Assembly: GCF_006345805.1 (NCBI RefSeq)
Contig: NC_043013.1
Location: 34,534,001 to 34,598,000 of the forward strand
DNA: 64,000 nucleotides
Source: Octopus sinensis
Lineage: Eukaryota
Reading direction: 5' to 3'
In this document: positions 26,041 to 38,104 of the stretch, piece after piece
Layout of the letters: every line of letters begins with the position of its first letter
Numbering within the stretch: the stretch's first letter is position 1
The notes under the pieces: model-generated
The model's input: only the letters and a program-made list of their open reading frames with translations
Database searches by the model: none
Told to the model about the DNA's origin: nothing
Made by a program: the position numbers and the translations under genes

Positions 26041-26290
26041 AGAATGGTAGAGGCAGTAAAGAATGGCAGAAGTAATTGAGAATGGCAAAAAGGAACCGAA
26101 GAGAATAGGAGAAGAACTAGTAGAGAATGGTAGAAACAATGAAGAATGGCTGAAAAATTATTGAAGAGGAAATGATAGATGCAGTGGAAAATGGCAAAAG
26201 ATGTAGCAGAGAATGGAGAAAGGAACAATAGAGAATGGTAGAAGAACAATCAGAGAAAGACAAAAGAAGCAATAAAGAATGGTAGAAAGC
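26041..26290 (+). repeat. Degenerate ~19-22-bp purine-rich minisatellite anchored on AGAATGG
   Basis: AGAATGG(T/C/A)AGA recurs at ~20-bp spacing. Confidence 0.7.
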
Positions 26291-26382
26291 AGTTATATGG
26301 TAATGCTAAGTTGAGCCTTGGTCCTTCTGCATTTCATATTCTTTGTTTCAAGTAGATTATAAGTTTAATTTTTTAAATTCCT

Positions 26383-26595
26383 AAGGTGGCAAGCTGGTAG
26401 AACCATTAGCATCCAGATAAAATGCTTTGTGATATTTCATCTGTCTGTACATTCTGTGTTCAAATATTGTCTGGGCTGACTTTGCCTTTCATCTTTTAAG
26501 GGGTCAATAAAATAAGTCCTAGTTGAGTGCTGGGGTTGATGTAATCAACAGTCCCATTCTGCAAAATTGTTGACCTTGTGCCAAAATAGGATTTC
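26383..26595 (+). mobile_element. SINE family C
   Basis: AAGGTGGCAAGCTGG..TTCTGTGTTCAAAT..GACTTTGCCTTTCATC. Further copies at ~39125 (-), 49152, 51636-52230, 58900-59540 and 60735 (+). Confidence 0.8.
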
Positions 26596-28244
26596 TAATA
26601 AAACGGTTCTCAGGTGGTGTGCCAATGTATCTACTTTATCCACTTTTCTGAGCTCAAGTCCACCAAGTTGATCTGAGCTGAACATGTTCTCAGAATGTTT
26701 GCCCCTAGAGTACCAAATGCAACCCTTTATTCTTAGCCTGCAAACAGAGGGCTCATTGTACCTTGTAAAAGATTCAAAGATGCATCTTAAAAACTGTATG
26801 GAAGATATCACCAGAGGTTCCGGAGTGGTTGTTTCTTCAAAAATCTGTATAGCAGAGGCTTGAAAATCCTCCCCTGTCAAGCCTAGGGTAAATGGACATT
26901 AGTGTATGATCAGTGGCAAATACGTCTTGGCTAGAATATGCCTTATCAGGTACAACAGAACCCATGAATGAGATCTTTTTTATTCTGTCATTGCTAAGTT
27001 TTCGTCAAATTTGACAGACAAGCTATCATAATATTATGATTTGAGAGAGGGAGAGAGAGGGAGGAATTCCACCTCATTATTGGAATCTTAGCCCTTCCTG
27101 TCAGGCATAAAACTTTAAGACTGTCAGCATTAATGTCTGGAGAAATTTTAGAGATGTGAAAAGAGATGCTAGTATCTTGAACAAGAGTTAATATGAAAGA
27201 GAGCTTCAACTGGATTCCTTACAGGCAAAACGTAGATGAAAAATATTTTTCACTCGTTAAAAGCTCTCAGGTAAGTGGAGTTAGCAAAACGGCTTGATAA
27301 AATAATATAGGTAATCAGATTATATGATAGAATAATTAAACTCAGACAGGTCAGGGGGTAACATGGCAAATACAGCAACTTCTGTATATGCATCACAATA
27401 AAGACTGGTAGATGAGCAAAAGAGTCAGTTCTATGCATTCCTCTAGCAGACTACTTTGATGATGAAAGACTGCAACTTTAAGATGGCAGGTAACTAAGGG
27501 AAATATTGGGCACGCACCATGCTAGTTACACTGATATACATGGGTATCATGGTTCATGGAAATAAGAAGGGCCAATGATCTTGAAGTCTGTGAGGGAATA
27601 TAATAGCCTTTTTTACAATGACTAACTACAAGAGAATGGCCAACCACTTGATCTTCTACCTCTCAGGTGAACATACAAGTCACATAGGATTTGTACCTAG
27701 CAGGAAAAGATTTAAATATATGTTTTGAATATTAAGTCCTTTTCCAGTGAAGAATCTACCACTTAAAACAAGACAAGTGATTAGTGGCCACAAAATAAGA
27801 GAGAGATGTATTCTGAAATACAACACAATCTAAGAAGTATGCCAAATGTAAAACCATCAGCTAGATGTTAAAAAACATACAAGTTAGAAATTTAATGAGA
27901 AGGAAGAAGAAAGAAGAGCTAGAGACTTATAACATAGAGAATAATTTAAAGTTTTTATGACATGTTGCACGTTACAGACTGAATGTGTAGATGGAGCAAG
28001 TTCAAAACTAAGATGATGGAAGATCATATAGCAGTGGAGAGGTACTGTTGATAAATGTAAAAAGACAGGCCTTGGAAGATTGAAATAAAGTGAGGAACAA
28101 GGAACTATATAAGAGAACCAGGAGAGAGGCTAAAAACCAGGTACTTGTAACATATTATAAAAACGTGAAATTAAGAGATTAAATCTAATTTTGATTCAAC
28201 ATCTTTTTCTCCTCCATTTTTCTATAATTGTTTAAGGTATATTT

Positions 28245-28633
28245 GTGGAGGTGCAATGGCCCAGTGGTTAGGGCAGTGACTCGCGGTCGTAGGATCGCGT
28301 TTTCGATTCCCAGACTGGGCGTTGTGAGTGTTAATTGAGCGAAAACACCTAAAAGCTCCACGAGGCTCCGGCAGAGGATGGTGGTGATCCCTGCTGTACT
28401 CTTTCACCACAACTTTCTCTCACTTTTACTTCCTGTTTCTGTTGTACCTGTATTTCAAAAGGCCGGCCTTGTCACTCTCTGTGTCATGCTGAATATCCCC
28501 GAGAACTACGTTAAGGGTACATGTGTCTGTGGAGTGCTCAGCCACTTACACGTTAATTTCACGAGCAGGCTGTTCCGCTGATTTGGATCAACCAGAACCC
28601 TCGTTGTCGTAACCGATGGAGTGTTTCCATCCG
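28245..28633 (+). mobile_element. Full-length tRNA(Arg-like)-derived SINE, tail type 1
   Basis: A-box TGGCCCAGTGG, B-box-like TTTCGATTCCC, 12-bp TSD TAAGGTATATTT (28233-28244 / 28634-28645). Confidence 0.92.
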
Positions 28634-29274
28634 TAAGGTATATTTATACCTTTAACGATATTTTTCAACTACTATTCATATTCTTATTACTTGCTCTTGC
28701 TTGTTTTTTATGAATATGATGAATCTTTATTAGAAATCATTCTTTTCTCTCTTTTCAGACCTCTCAACGTACTACACCATAAGACTGAACTTGGAACCAA
28801 GTAGTTGGAAAGCCAGGACAGAGGAGAAGAATTAATGGGAGAGAGAAAGACTGGTCTCAATAAGCCCAACAAAGGGACCAGATATAAAAGTTGACAGGTT
28901 CAATGTGTAATCAAGAATAAAAAGGCAAGGAGATTAACCAGGAATCGTCATTGAAATATTCAAATTATCCAGTGAAGTAGAATATATGCTTGTCACTCAT
29001 AGAGCTAATGATGTAGTAAAGGACATGTGTCATACACAATGACAGATAGTGGTATTATCATCAATTGATATGATGGCAAAGGACACACTACAGAAAGAAA
29101 TATCAATCTGATGGTCCAGGTTATCAAAGTAACAGAAAAAAATTATAACACAAATGATTTGGAAGAGAATTAGATTAAATGAGATACTGCTTGTGTTTCT
29201 ACCTGGACAAGGTACCACCAATACTCTCTTTCTTAGGAGAGCGACACACAAATAAGAAAGAAGAAAGCAAAGGA

Positions 29275-29314
29275 CCACTGATGAGGTCACAGAAGTGTGA
29301 CGAAAGAACTCTGG
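29275..29314 (+). ncRNA. Minimal type-I hammerhead ribozyme motif, catalytic core intact
   Basis: CCA-CTGATGA-G-GTCACA(GAAG)TGTGAC-GAAA-G(AA)C-T-C-TGG: stem I CCA/TGG, 6-bp stem II, CUC cleavage triplet. Confidence 0.75.
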
Positions 29315-30309
29315 CCAAAATAAGATTAAGGTTAATGTAAAAAGTAAATAAAGCTGAAGCAAATTCACACCAGATATATAGTGCGTGTGTTTTTATTGGC
29401 TAAACTGGCAAAATGACCATTCCTAAATACAACAATAACTAGAGAATGTTTTAGCTAAAAGGAAGCCACTAAACTTACAGTCCAATGACCAGGAGAAGGC
29501 CTATGGTAGGAATCACAATTTGTAGTCTTGCTGGTGCTAAGAAAACTAGGAATGCATGAATAACTTGTAAGCACCATACAAGTTATCAGAAGAGATGCTA
29601 TCAGTAGGAAGAGAATATGAGTTTAATCAGCAGTTTAGTGTGGAAGTCCATCAAGGTTAATTTCTCAGCCATCATGTTTATTAGAAAATACTCAGCCTCA
29701 CGAAGGTAATGACAAAAGAACAGAAATAGCAACAGGACAATAATACTGGAGAGGATCAGTCTAAGACCCCATGAAAGCATAGGAAAATATATACATCGGA
29801 TGATGACTAAGACTTATACAACATATACACGTATTCATACACACACACACGCACACAGATATATAGAGAGTGACAGATAGGTAAACACCTACACATATCG
29901 ACACCACTATCTCTACCTCTGTGTGTGTGTGTGGTGTGTGTGTGTGAATGTAAGTGAGTGTGTAGATATATAATACATTTACAGATGTATGGGTTTTGGC
30001 ATGCCAGTGGACTTGAAGGATAAAACAAGCTAAAAAAAAAACAAAAATGTATGTGCACACACTCATACACAGATGTACACACACATCCACGCACAAACTT
30101 TATATGCATAAACACAAACACCTACACAGATTTCTTTCTGTTGTACTTAACAGTTTTTCTCACATTCTGTTGTTTACATTGTCTACCAAGGGAAATATAG
30201 GTCTTTGAGGAAAGAAATGTTTTGGACAGACTATTTCTGGGATGTTGCTAATAATCAATTAATGGGAATAATATAGATTCTTTTAATTACACTTATACAC
30301 ACAAACACA

Positions 30310-30327
30310 CACATATATATATGTATA

Positions 30328-30371
<44 letters not shown>

Positions 30372-30378
30372 TATATAT

Positions 30379-30410
<32 letters not shown>

Positions 30411-31124
30411 ATATATATATATATATATAATATATATATATATATTATATGTATGTATGATGTATATCTATACATATATTCTGTAGAGTAGGATGGTAAA
30501 ATGTTGGAAGTTGTTACGAGATGCCTTTCAGGAAATGTATGTATATACATAGACATACTTATTATACACACACCTATATAAATCATGTGAACACATTCAC
30601 AAAAATTCACATTGTTCTATAACATATTTCCGTACGAAAGCATTTATGTTGATGAAGCTAGATAGATATACGCAGACACGCACAAACTCACACACACACA
30701 CACGTGCATATACATGCACATGCACACACACAAGCAGCAAGCATGCACTCGCACACTCGTGTATATTTCGCACTCACATGTGTGTGTATATATGTATTAT
30801 ATGTCCATGCTGATGTAGATTTATGAACACGTACACACACATGCACTTTTATATAAAACAATTGTATATTTGTGAACGTACGTAATAGTTATGTTCATAT
30901 ATGAAGTGTATTTAAATATGGGGACGTATAAATATATGTCACATACATAGGAACTTGCTAAACCAAACATACAAAAACACACGACATTAATATCTATATA
31001 TGATATAACATACATATATGTGTGTGGCTAATACACACACACCACAGACAAACTCACAGACATATATATGCACATTTGTATATAAATATATATATATAAT
31101 ATATATATACATATACATGTATTC

Positions 31125-31177
<53 letters not shown>

Positions 31178-31475
31178 TATATATATATATATACATACAT
31201 GTATACATATATATATACACATATACATACATGTAAACATATATACATACATGTATACATGTATACATATATATTATATATACATATATATATATATACA
31301 TATACATATATATACATATACATATATATACATATACATATATATACATATACATATACATATATATATATATATACATATGCATATATATACATACATG
31401 TATACATATATATATATAAATATACATACACATATACATATATACATCCATATATGCGTATATATATGTATATAT
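30310..31475. repeat. (TA)n/(TACA)n microsatellite fields
   Basis: Direct reading. Similar fields at ~50250-50530, 51100-51310 and 57590-58140. Confidence 0.95.
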
Positions 31476-32520
31476 AGATGCTTGCATTGTTCTATAATAA
31501 TAGACTGTTGGTAGATTAAAATAATGCCGTTACTTAGTATCTCTTATATTGGATATATTCAAAAAGAGAAGAATAGAAATGACACTTGATGATGATGACA
31601 TTGCTGCTGTTGTTATTGTTATTGATGATGATGATGATAATGATGATATTTTCTTTATTTTCGACTCAAGGGCAACAAAGATGAATAACACAAAACAATG
31701 CATACAATGCATAATGTTTGTCTTTATTTTTATGTTACAATACGACGACACACATTCGTTGATGTCTATATGTATAGGTACACATAAATTTTATGTTGAA
31801 GTGATTAAACTCAAAGCCCATCCCTTCCACGCACCTTGCTGTTTTGTCCCCTTCACAAACCTACCCCCATCCACCTTCATGTCCTCTTCTTATGACAGAA
31901 AAGAAACCATATTTACCAAATGATAGAAAAGATAATATATTTATATATAAATATTAAAAGGAGTATATATATATCTATGGCAGTGTGTGTTTATTCGTAC
32001 ATATGTCATTATATATATATATATATATATATGCTGGAATCTCATAATAGACAGTTGTATTCAAGCATGACATCGATACACATTAACACAAGCACATACA
32101 CTCACACATCCACATGCATATGCACACACACACACACACACACACATGCTTATATATGCTTTTACTAGTCTCCGTTGTTGGCTAGTAGCCACACTTGGGG
32201 CCCACTTGAACAAATTAATTTTACTAATTAAATCTGGTACCTTATCAGTTACTTTTGCCAAATTGTTAAGTTACAGAGATGTAAACAAACCAACACTAGT
32301 TGTCGAGGAATGGCGGAGAAAGGGTGACCACAAAGATATGCATTGTTTCACGCAAATTATCATTGCTACCATTAGTTTCATGCCAAGAATTCTCAACCAA
32401 TGCTAGCCTCTTTAACCAACAAATAAAGAATACATGTCCACCAATGTAGCATTGAGCACTCATTCTCACTCTTCGATATGATTGCATACATACATATGTA
32501 TATATGTATATATATATATA

Positions 32521-32960
32521 TCAATAAGTATCCGGATTGTTGTTATAGTAACAAATCTAAAGTACAGTGAGTGAAAGCGTTTGGCACAAATTGACCTTAA
32601 ACACTACTGTGCATGTGCACTAAGTTTTAACATTCTAGCTCACTTTCATTGTTTACAGCAATGCTTGGAAGGAAGGTGTGTAGCATGTGATCATCGTATT
32701 GATAATGACAGAGAAAGGTGAGTAGAGAATCTGCATTAAATTTTTGCCAAAAGCTTGGTGATACCTGCTCAGAGGCTTATGCAAAGTTTTCAAAAAGTTT
32801 TCATCGGTCTCAACACAATCAAGGAGATCTTGTACAACTGAAACCTGAGTGTCTTTTTGGTCAGCTGAAAGCAGTATTGGCACAAACTTAGCAGACACAT
32901 ATCTCATACCCAAATCTTCAGTGATAATCACTGAGCTGTAACTAATCCTCTGATAACTCT
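32521..32960. mobile_element. Tc1/mariner relic with internal inversion
   Basis: TIR-like TCAATAAGTATCCGGA. Plus strand MTEKGE*RICIKF/CQKLGDTCSEAYAK (N-terminal HTH region). Minus strand IITEDLGMRYVSAKFVPILLSADQK..QDLLDCVETDENFLKT (mariner linker before the catalytic domain). Confidence 0.85.
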
Positions 32961-33215
32961 TTGTAAGCCTAGCACTTATTCTATCAATATCTTTTACTGA
33001 ACTGCTAGTTTACGGGAATGTAAAGTTATCCTCTGAGGCACAAGTCTGGGTAAGGTTGTTTATGGAAGACCAGCAGTTGCCCATGCATACCGGTCTCCCC
33101 TCTCCATGCCACCAATGTTATCCAAGGGAAAGGCAAAGCCAAAGGCCAATACAGCTTGGGGCCAGTGACTTTGCAGCTCATTTATTAACGTGCAAGTGGA
33201 TGAGCAAGGTACTTA

Positions 33216-33370
33216 CCACACAGCCACTCCTGCGCCTTTCATCACTAGACTGTGACCAAGCAGGGACATTTTTAGATTTATAGTTGAATTAAACAATCCC
33301 AGCACTTTTATCTATTTATAAGTCCAGTAGTAATTCCCTTGGTATCTTTTGATGAACCACTAAGTTACAG
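33216..33370 (+). repeat. Local duplication, copy 1 (copy 2 at 34425-34582)
   Basis: Shared non-consensus flank TTCATCACT.GACTG.TGACCAAGCAGGG plus the same diagnostic changes in the adjacent SINE fragment. Confidence 0.85.
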
Positions 33371-33651
33371 ACACGTGTACCCTTAACATGGTTTTCGGGG
33401 AGATTCAGCATGAGACAGAGTGTGAATGGGCTGGCCCTTTGAAATACAGGTACAACAGAAACAGGAAGAAAGAGTGAGAGACAGTTGTGGTGAAAGAGTA
33501 CAGCAGGGTTCACCACCACTCCCTGCCTGAGCCTCTTGGAGCTTTAGGTGTTTTCGCTCAATAAACACTCATGATGCCCGGTCTGGGAATCAAACCGTGA
33601 TCCTACAACTGCGAGTTCACTGCCCTAACCACTGGGCCATTGCGTCTCCAC
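33368..33651 (-). mobile_element. tRNA(Arg-like) SINE, tail type 1, 3'-truncated
   Basis: Reverse complement of 28245-28540. Confidence 0.9.
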
Positions 33652-33662
33652 ATGTAAACTAC

Positions 33663-33699
<37 letters not shown>

Positions 33700-34854
33700 T
33701 ATACATACACACACACAGAAATAGGTAGATAGGAGATATTTTATCATAAGTTTCTATATAAGTAGATATACTGTAGCCATTATATCATTAAGGAAAGTGG
33801 AAATAACATAGTAATTTTTTTCTCTTTATTTGCATAATGAAAAACAATATAATAACAATATCTATAATGATGACATTAGTCTTAACAATGATAATAGTAA
33901 TGATGAGGATGACAGAAATGATGATGAGAATAATAATGTTGATGATGATGATGAAGGTTTTCTTTTGACAATGTTGAATATGATTATGAATACACCAAAC
34001 ATCCCAGTAATTATATTATTAGCAGCATTGTGCCTTCATGATGTTTTTCGTAGCTAAGAATGCTCAGAATAGAGGAGAATAGAGGAGGTCAATGACCATC
34101 ACAGAAGAACTGAGGAAGGATTTTTTGTGAGACTACCTCATTTATTCTTTTACTTGTTTCAGTCATTTGACTGTGGCCATGCTGGAGAACCACCTTTAGT
34201 CAAGCAAATCGACCCCAGGAGTTATTCATTGTGAGCCTAGTACTTCTTCTATTGGTCTCTTTTGCAGAACCGCTAAGTTATGGGAATGTAAACACACCAG
34301 CATCGGTTGTCAAGTGATGTTGGGGGGAATAAACACAGACACACAAACATATTTACACACACACATGCACACACACATATATATAGTTGAAATTTAGAGA
34401 AAAATAAAAGATGAAGACAGGTGTCCACACAGCCACTCCTGCGCCTTTCATCACTGGACTGGTGACCAAGCAGGGCCCGTTTTTAGATTTATAGTTGAAT
34501 TAAACAATCCCAGCACTTTTATCTTTTTATAAGTCCAGTAGCAATTCCCTTTGGTATCTTTTGATGAACCACTAAGTTACAGGGATGTAAACAAACCAAT
34601 TCCTATTCTCAAGTGGTGAAGGCGGTAACAAACACACAGACACATACACACACGTTTATAGAAATACCCAGTACTCTCTGTAAAATGATTGGCATTAGGA
34701 AGGACATCCAGCTATAAAGAACATGTGCAAACAGATGAATGCCTGGTGCAGCCCTCCAGCTTGCCAGCTCCTGTAAAACCCAAACAGCCTAACCTATGCC
34801 AGCACAGTAAACAGATGTTAAAGGATGATGATGGGGATGATTACATATATACAT

Positions 34855-35234
34855 AGGTGCAGGTATGGTTGTGTGATAAGAAGCTTGCTTCACAACCACA
34901 TGTTTCTGGGCTCACTCCCCTGCATGGCACCTTGGGAAAGTGTCTTCTACCATAGCCTCAGGCCAACCAAAGCCTTATGAGTGGATTTGGTAGACAGGAA
35001 ACTGAAAGAAGCTTGTGGTATATATGTATATATTTGTGTGTCTGTGTTTGTCCTCACCACCATTGCTTGACAATTCATGTTGGTGTGTTTACGTCCCTGT
35101 AACTTAGAGGTTCACCAGAGGACACTGATAGATTTAATACTAGGCTTACAAACAGTAAGTCCTGCTGTCAATTTCTTCAACTAAAGGCGATGCTCCAGCA
35201 TGGTCACAGGCAAATGACCATAAAGAATACAGGA

Positions 35235-35281
<47 letters not shown>

Positions 35282-35450
35282 GTGCAGGAGTGGCTGTGTG
35301 ATAAGAAGTTTGTTTCCCAACCACATGGTTCTGGGTTCAGTCCCACTGAGTGGCACCTTGGGTAAGTGTCTTCTACTATAGCCTCAGGCCAACCAAAGCC
35401 TTGTGAGTGGATTTGGCAGAGGGAAACTGAAAGAAGCTCGTTGCGTATAT
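34855..35450 (+). mobile_element. Composite SINE A+B (34855-35225) and a further A head (35285-35450)
   Basis: Head/microsatellite/tail architecture as at 5084. Confidence 0.8.
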
Positions 35451-35502
35451 ATATAAACATATATATATTCTTTTAATATATAAATTTAAGGAATGGAGTA
35501 GA

Positions 35503-35660
35503 TAAAATCCAGGTGACATGTTTTCTTGCTAGAGGAACCTTGAAAGTAGTAATTACTCAAAAAAGGGGTTCTCCGCTAGCTACTCATCAGGACCCCTTAT
35601 TTGGGTAATTACTACTTCAAAGGTTCTGCCAGTTAGGAAACGTATGTAGCCTGGATTTTA
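35503..35660. repeat. Fold-back element (MITE-like)
   Basis: TAAAATCCAGG...CCTGGATTTTA outer arms, inner arms GGAACCTTGAAAGTAGTAATTAC/GTAATTACTACTTCAAAGGTTC, ~24-nt loop. Confidence 0.85.
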
Positions 35661-35910
35661 CCTGTTCTGTTCCCTAAATTTGGATTTTTATTCACATACA
35701 CAGCAACTCCAGCTACTTAGACTTCGATATGGGAAAACTTTAAAACCTTCTATGCCAATAAATCACTACTCTTCTTGAAAGTTGTTTTTTTATAACCCCT
35801 ATGGACTGCTTGAAGTGCTTACTAACTTCTTACGCCTTGATCCATGTATCTTACTTTTACATAACATATATATGTGTGTGTGTGTGTGTATGTGTGTGCG
35901 TGCGTATATA

Positions 35911-36081
35911 GTTGAAATTTATAGAAAAACAAAAGATGAGGACAAGTGTATGAACAACAAGTGTTTTAGTTTGACGCTTGGGAAAATAAAAAAGTCTTTT
36001 ACGTTTTGAGCCTATGCTCTTCAACAGAAAGGCATAAGAGTAAATATACAGAGAGAGAAAAAGCTTGTAAATTTCAGCAGT

Positions 36082-36083
<2 letters not shown>
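35911..36083 (-). mobile_element. Non-coding hammerhead-bearing module (sister family)
   Basis: Flanked by (TA)n. Its 3' end also occurs at 34386-34424. Confidence 0.65.
35996..36031 (-). ncRNA. Degenerate minimal hammerhead motif
   Basis: CTTT-CTGTTGA-A-GAGC(ATAG)GCTC-AAAA-C-GT-A-AAAG: stems I and II intact, two core substitutions. Confidence 0.65.
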
Positions 36084-36172
<89 letters not shown>

Positions 36173-36174
36173 CA

Positions 36175-36375
36175 TGTGGATTGTTGGCATTTTTTTTCCT
36201 GTCTTCCTATTCTTTTGGACTTTCCTCTTCCTGTTTCTGATGAAGAGCTTTGCTCAAAACATAAAAACACTACTTTTCATTCCTTCCCTAAGTGTCTGCT
36301 AATACTTTGCATGTACCACGTCCTCGTGTTGTTTTTTTCTTCTTATTGTGTTTGTTCTTTGTGTTTTTATTTACC
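36175..36375 (+). mobile_element. Non-coding hammerhead-bearing module, same family as 19565
   Basis: Contains GTTT-CTGATGA-A-GAGC(TTT)GCTC-AAAAC-ATA-AAAAC at 36233-36268. Both CpG positions of the motif have decayed to CpA. Confidence 0.7.
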
Positions 36376-36411
<36 letters not shown>

Positions 36412-36879
36412 CCACACAGTAAGTTTTCATTTTATTTCCATTCACTAAATTCACTCAGAACGCATTGCTTGACTTGTGGCTATAGTAGAAAATACTTGCC
36501 CAAGGTGCCATACTGTGCGATTGAACCTGAAACTATTCAATTGCAAACTGAGCTTCTTAACCACCCAACCATGTCCATTTTGTTAGAAATAGTAGCAATC
36601 TACTACTCAAATTACACATCTCTGCATTGGAAATTGGATGGGTAACAATGTATGATATAGTCAGCCCAGATATATGAAGAGGCCTGGTGTCATGGGTCCA
36701 TTCAGGTGTAGATGACTTGGAACTAATCAACAACAACAGTGGCCACTGGAGTTTATGTAGTGATACATCCTCAAAGGACAAACTCCATTAAAATGACTTG
36801 TTGAAGGTTCTTAGTCAAAGACCTGTGCTTGTAGAAGTATAAGAGTCATGACTATGAGTCAGTTACCTCCAACCCAGAA

Positions 36880-37243
36880 CTTCACTGGTATGAGCCGAAG
36901 TAGTGGGGGGAGCATCAGATCCATGTGTTGAGAGGAATTCTTTGGGGTTTGAATAATTCATCCCTGGAAACATGGGTGTTTTGTTCAAACATCCTTAAAC
37001 AACCTCTGAATTCAGGGACCTTTTGAACAGGATGGGTTACTCAACCAGAAGAAAATTCTAACTGGGCCTCACCTGCAAGGTCATGTGCTGTTTATCTTGA
37101 TATAAGAACACCATGTCGCGCACGTATGGTTATGATGCATGTGCTTGGTGTACGCTTATCAGACGGGTAGTGATGATGGGTATACTGGGCTTCGTATATT
37201 TTACCCCAGTGTCACTTTGATCGCATGCACTGCTCTCTCACTC
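36880..37243 (+). mobile_element. (AAT)n-tailed retroposon, 5'-truncated
   Basis: Ends ..CACTGCTCTCTCACTC then (AAT)n to ~37375. Reverse complement of 61044-61400. Confidence 0.85.
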
Positions 37244-37352
<109 letters not shown>

Positions 37353-37614
37353 GTAATAATAATAATAATAGTAATGGTTCTGTCAAAATGAATATAATAC
37401 AGATGCAGACAAATACACAACTAAACCCCTGGGACTTAGATATACACTCAACACCGAGAAGATATCACTACAAGGCACTGCACACAGGTATTAGGTGGAA
37501 TACTGTTAAAAGGGTAGAAAATAGAAACATGAAATAAAATACAGAGTTGTGCTGGGTTGTATGAAGAAAACAAGCAATAAAAACAAGACGAGGGAAATAA
37601 CAAGAACGATCTCA

Positions 37615-37845
37615 GTAGTAGTAATAATAATGATAATAATAATAATAATATATGATAATAATAATAAAATAATAATGATAATAATAATAATAATGATAAT
37701 AATAATAATAATAATAATGATAATAATAATAATAATAATGATAATAATAATAATAATGATAATAATAATAATAATAATGATAATAATAATAATAATGATA
37801 ATAATAATAATAATAATAATGATAATAATAATAATAATAATAATG

Positions 37846-37883
<38 letters not shown>

Positions 37884-38055
37884 AATAATAATAATAACTA
37901 CAACAGCAATTATTATTGTTATTATTATTATTAGTAGTAGCATTATTAGTATTATTGTTATTACTTTGATGATATTGTTACTAATGCTGTAATGCTTGCT
38001 GCTGCTGCTGATGTTGTTGTTCTTGTTGGTGTTGTTGTTGTTGCTGTAGTTTTTC
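37615..38055. repeat. (ATA/ATG)n array switching to (TTA/TTG)n
   Basis: Direct reading. Strand switch near 37910. Confidence 0.9.
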
Positions 38056-38104
38056 AAAAGATGTAATTATATTATGGTGCATGTTATAAGGCAAGTATCT
38101 AAAT

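Larger units (their letters stand above)
27120..29700 (+). pseudogene. Heavily decayed RTE-clade LINE (APE endonuclease + reverse transcriptase)
   Basis: Frameshifted translation gives QELI*KRASTGFLTGK, DKII*VIRLYDRIIKLR, VYASQ..EQKSQFY, HLIFYLSGEHTSHI, VQVIKVTE/IITQMIWKRIRLNE..LPGQGTTNTLFL, ENVLAKRKPL, EVHQG. These match RTE EN and RT motifs. Interrupted by a SINE at 28245 and an insert at ~29247-29437. Confidence 0.8.

Noticed and set aside
26545-26880. 111-aa minus-strand ORF of ordinary composition
   Set aside because: No recognisable motif or convincing splice context. It lies between a SINE and the RTE relic
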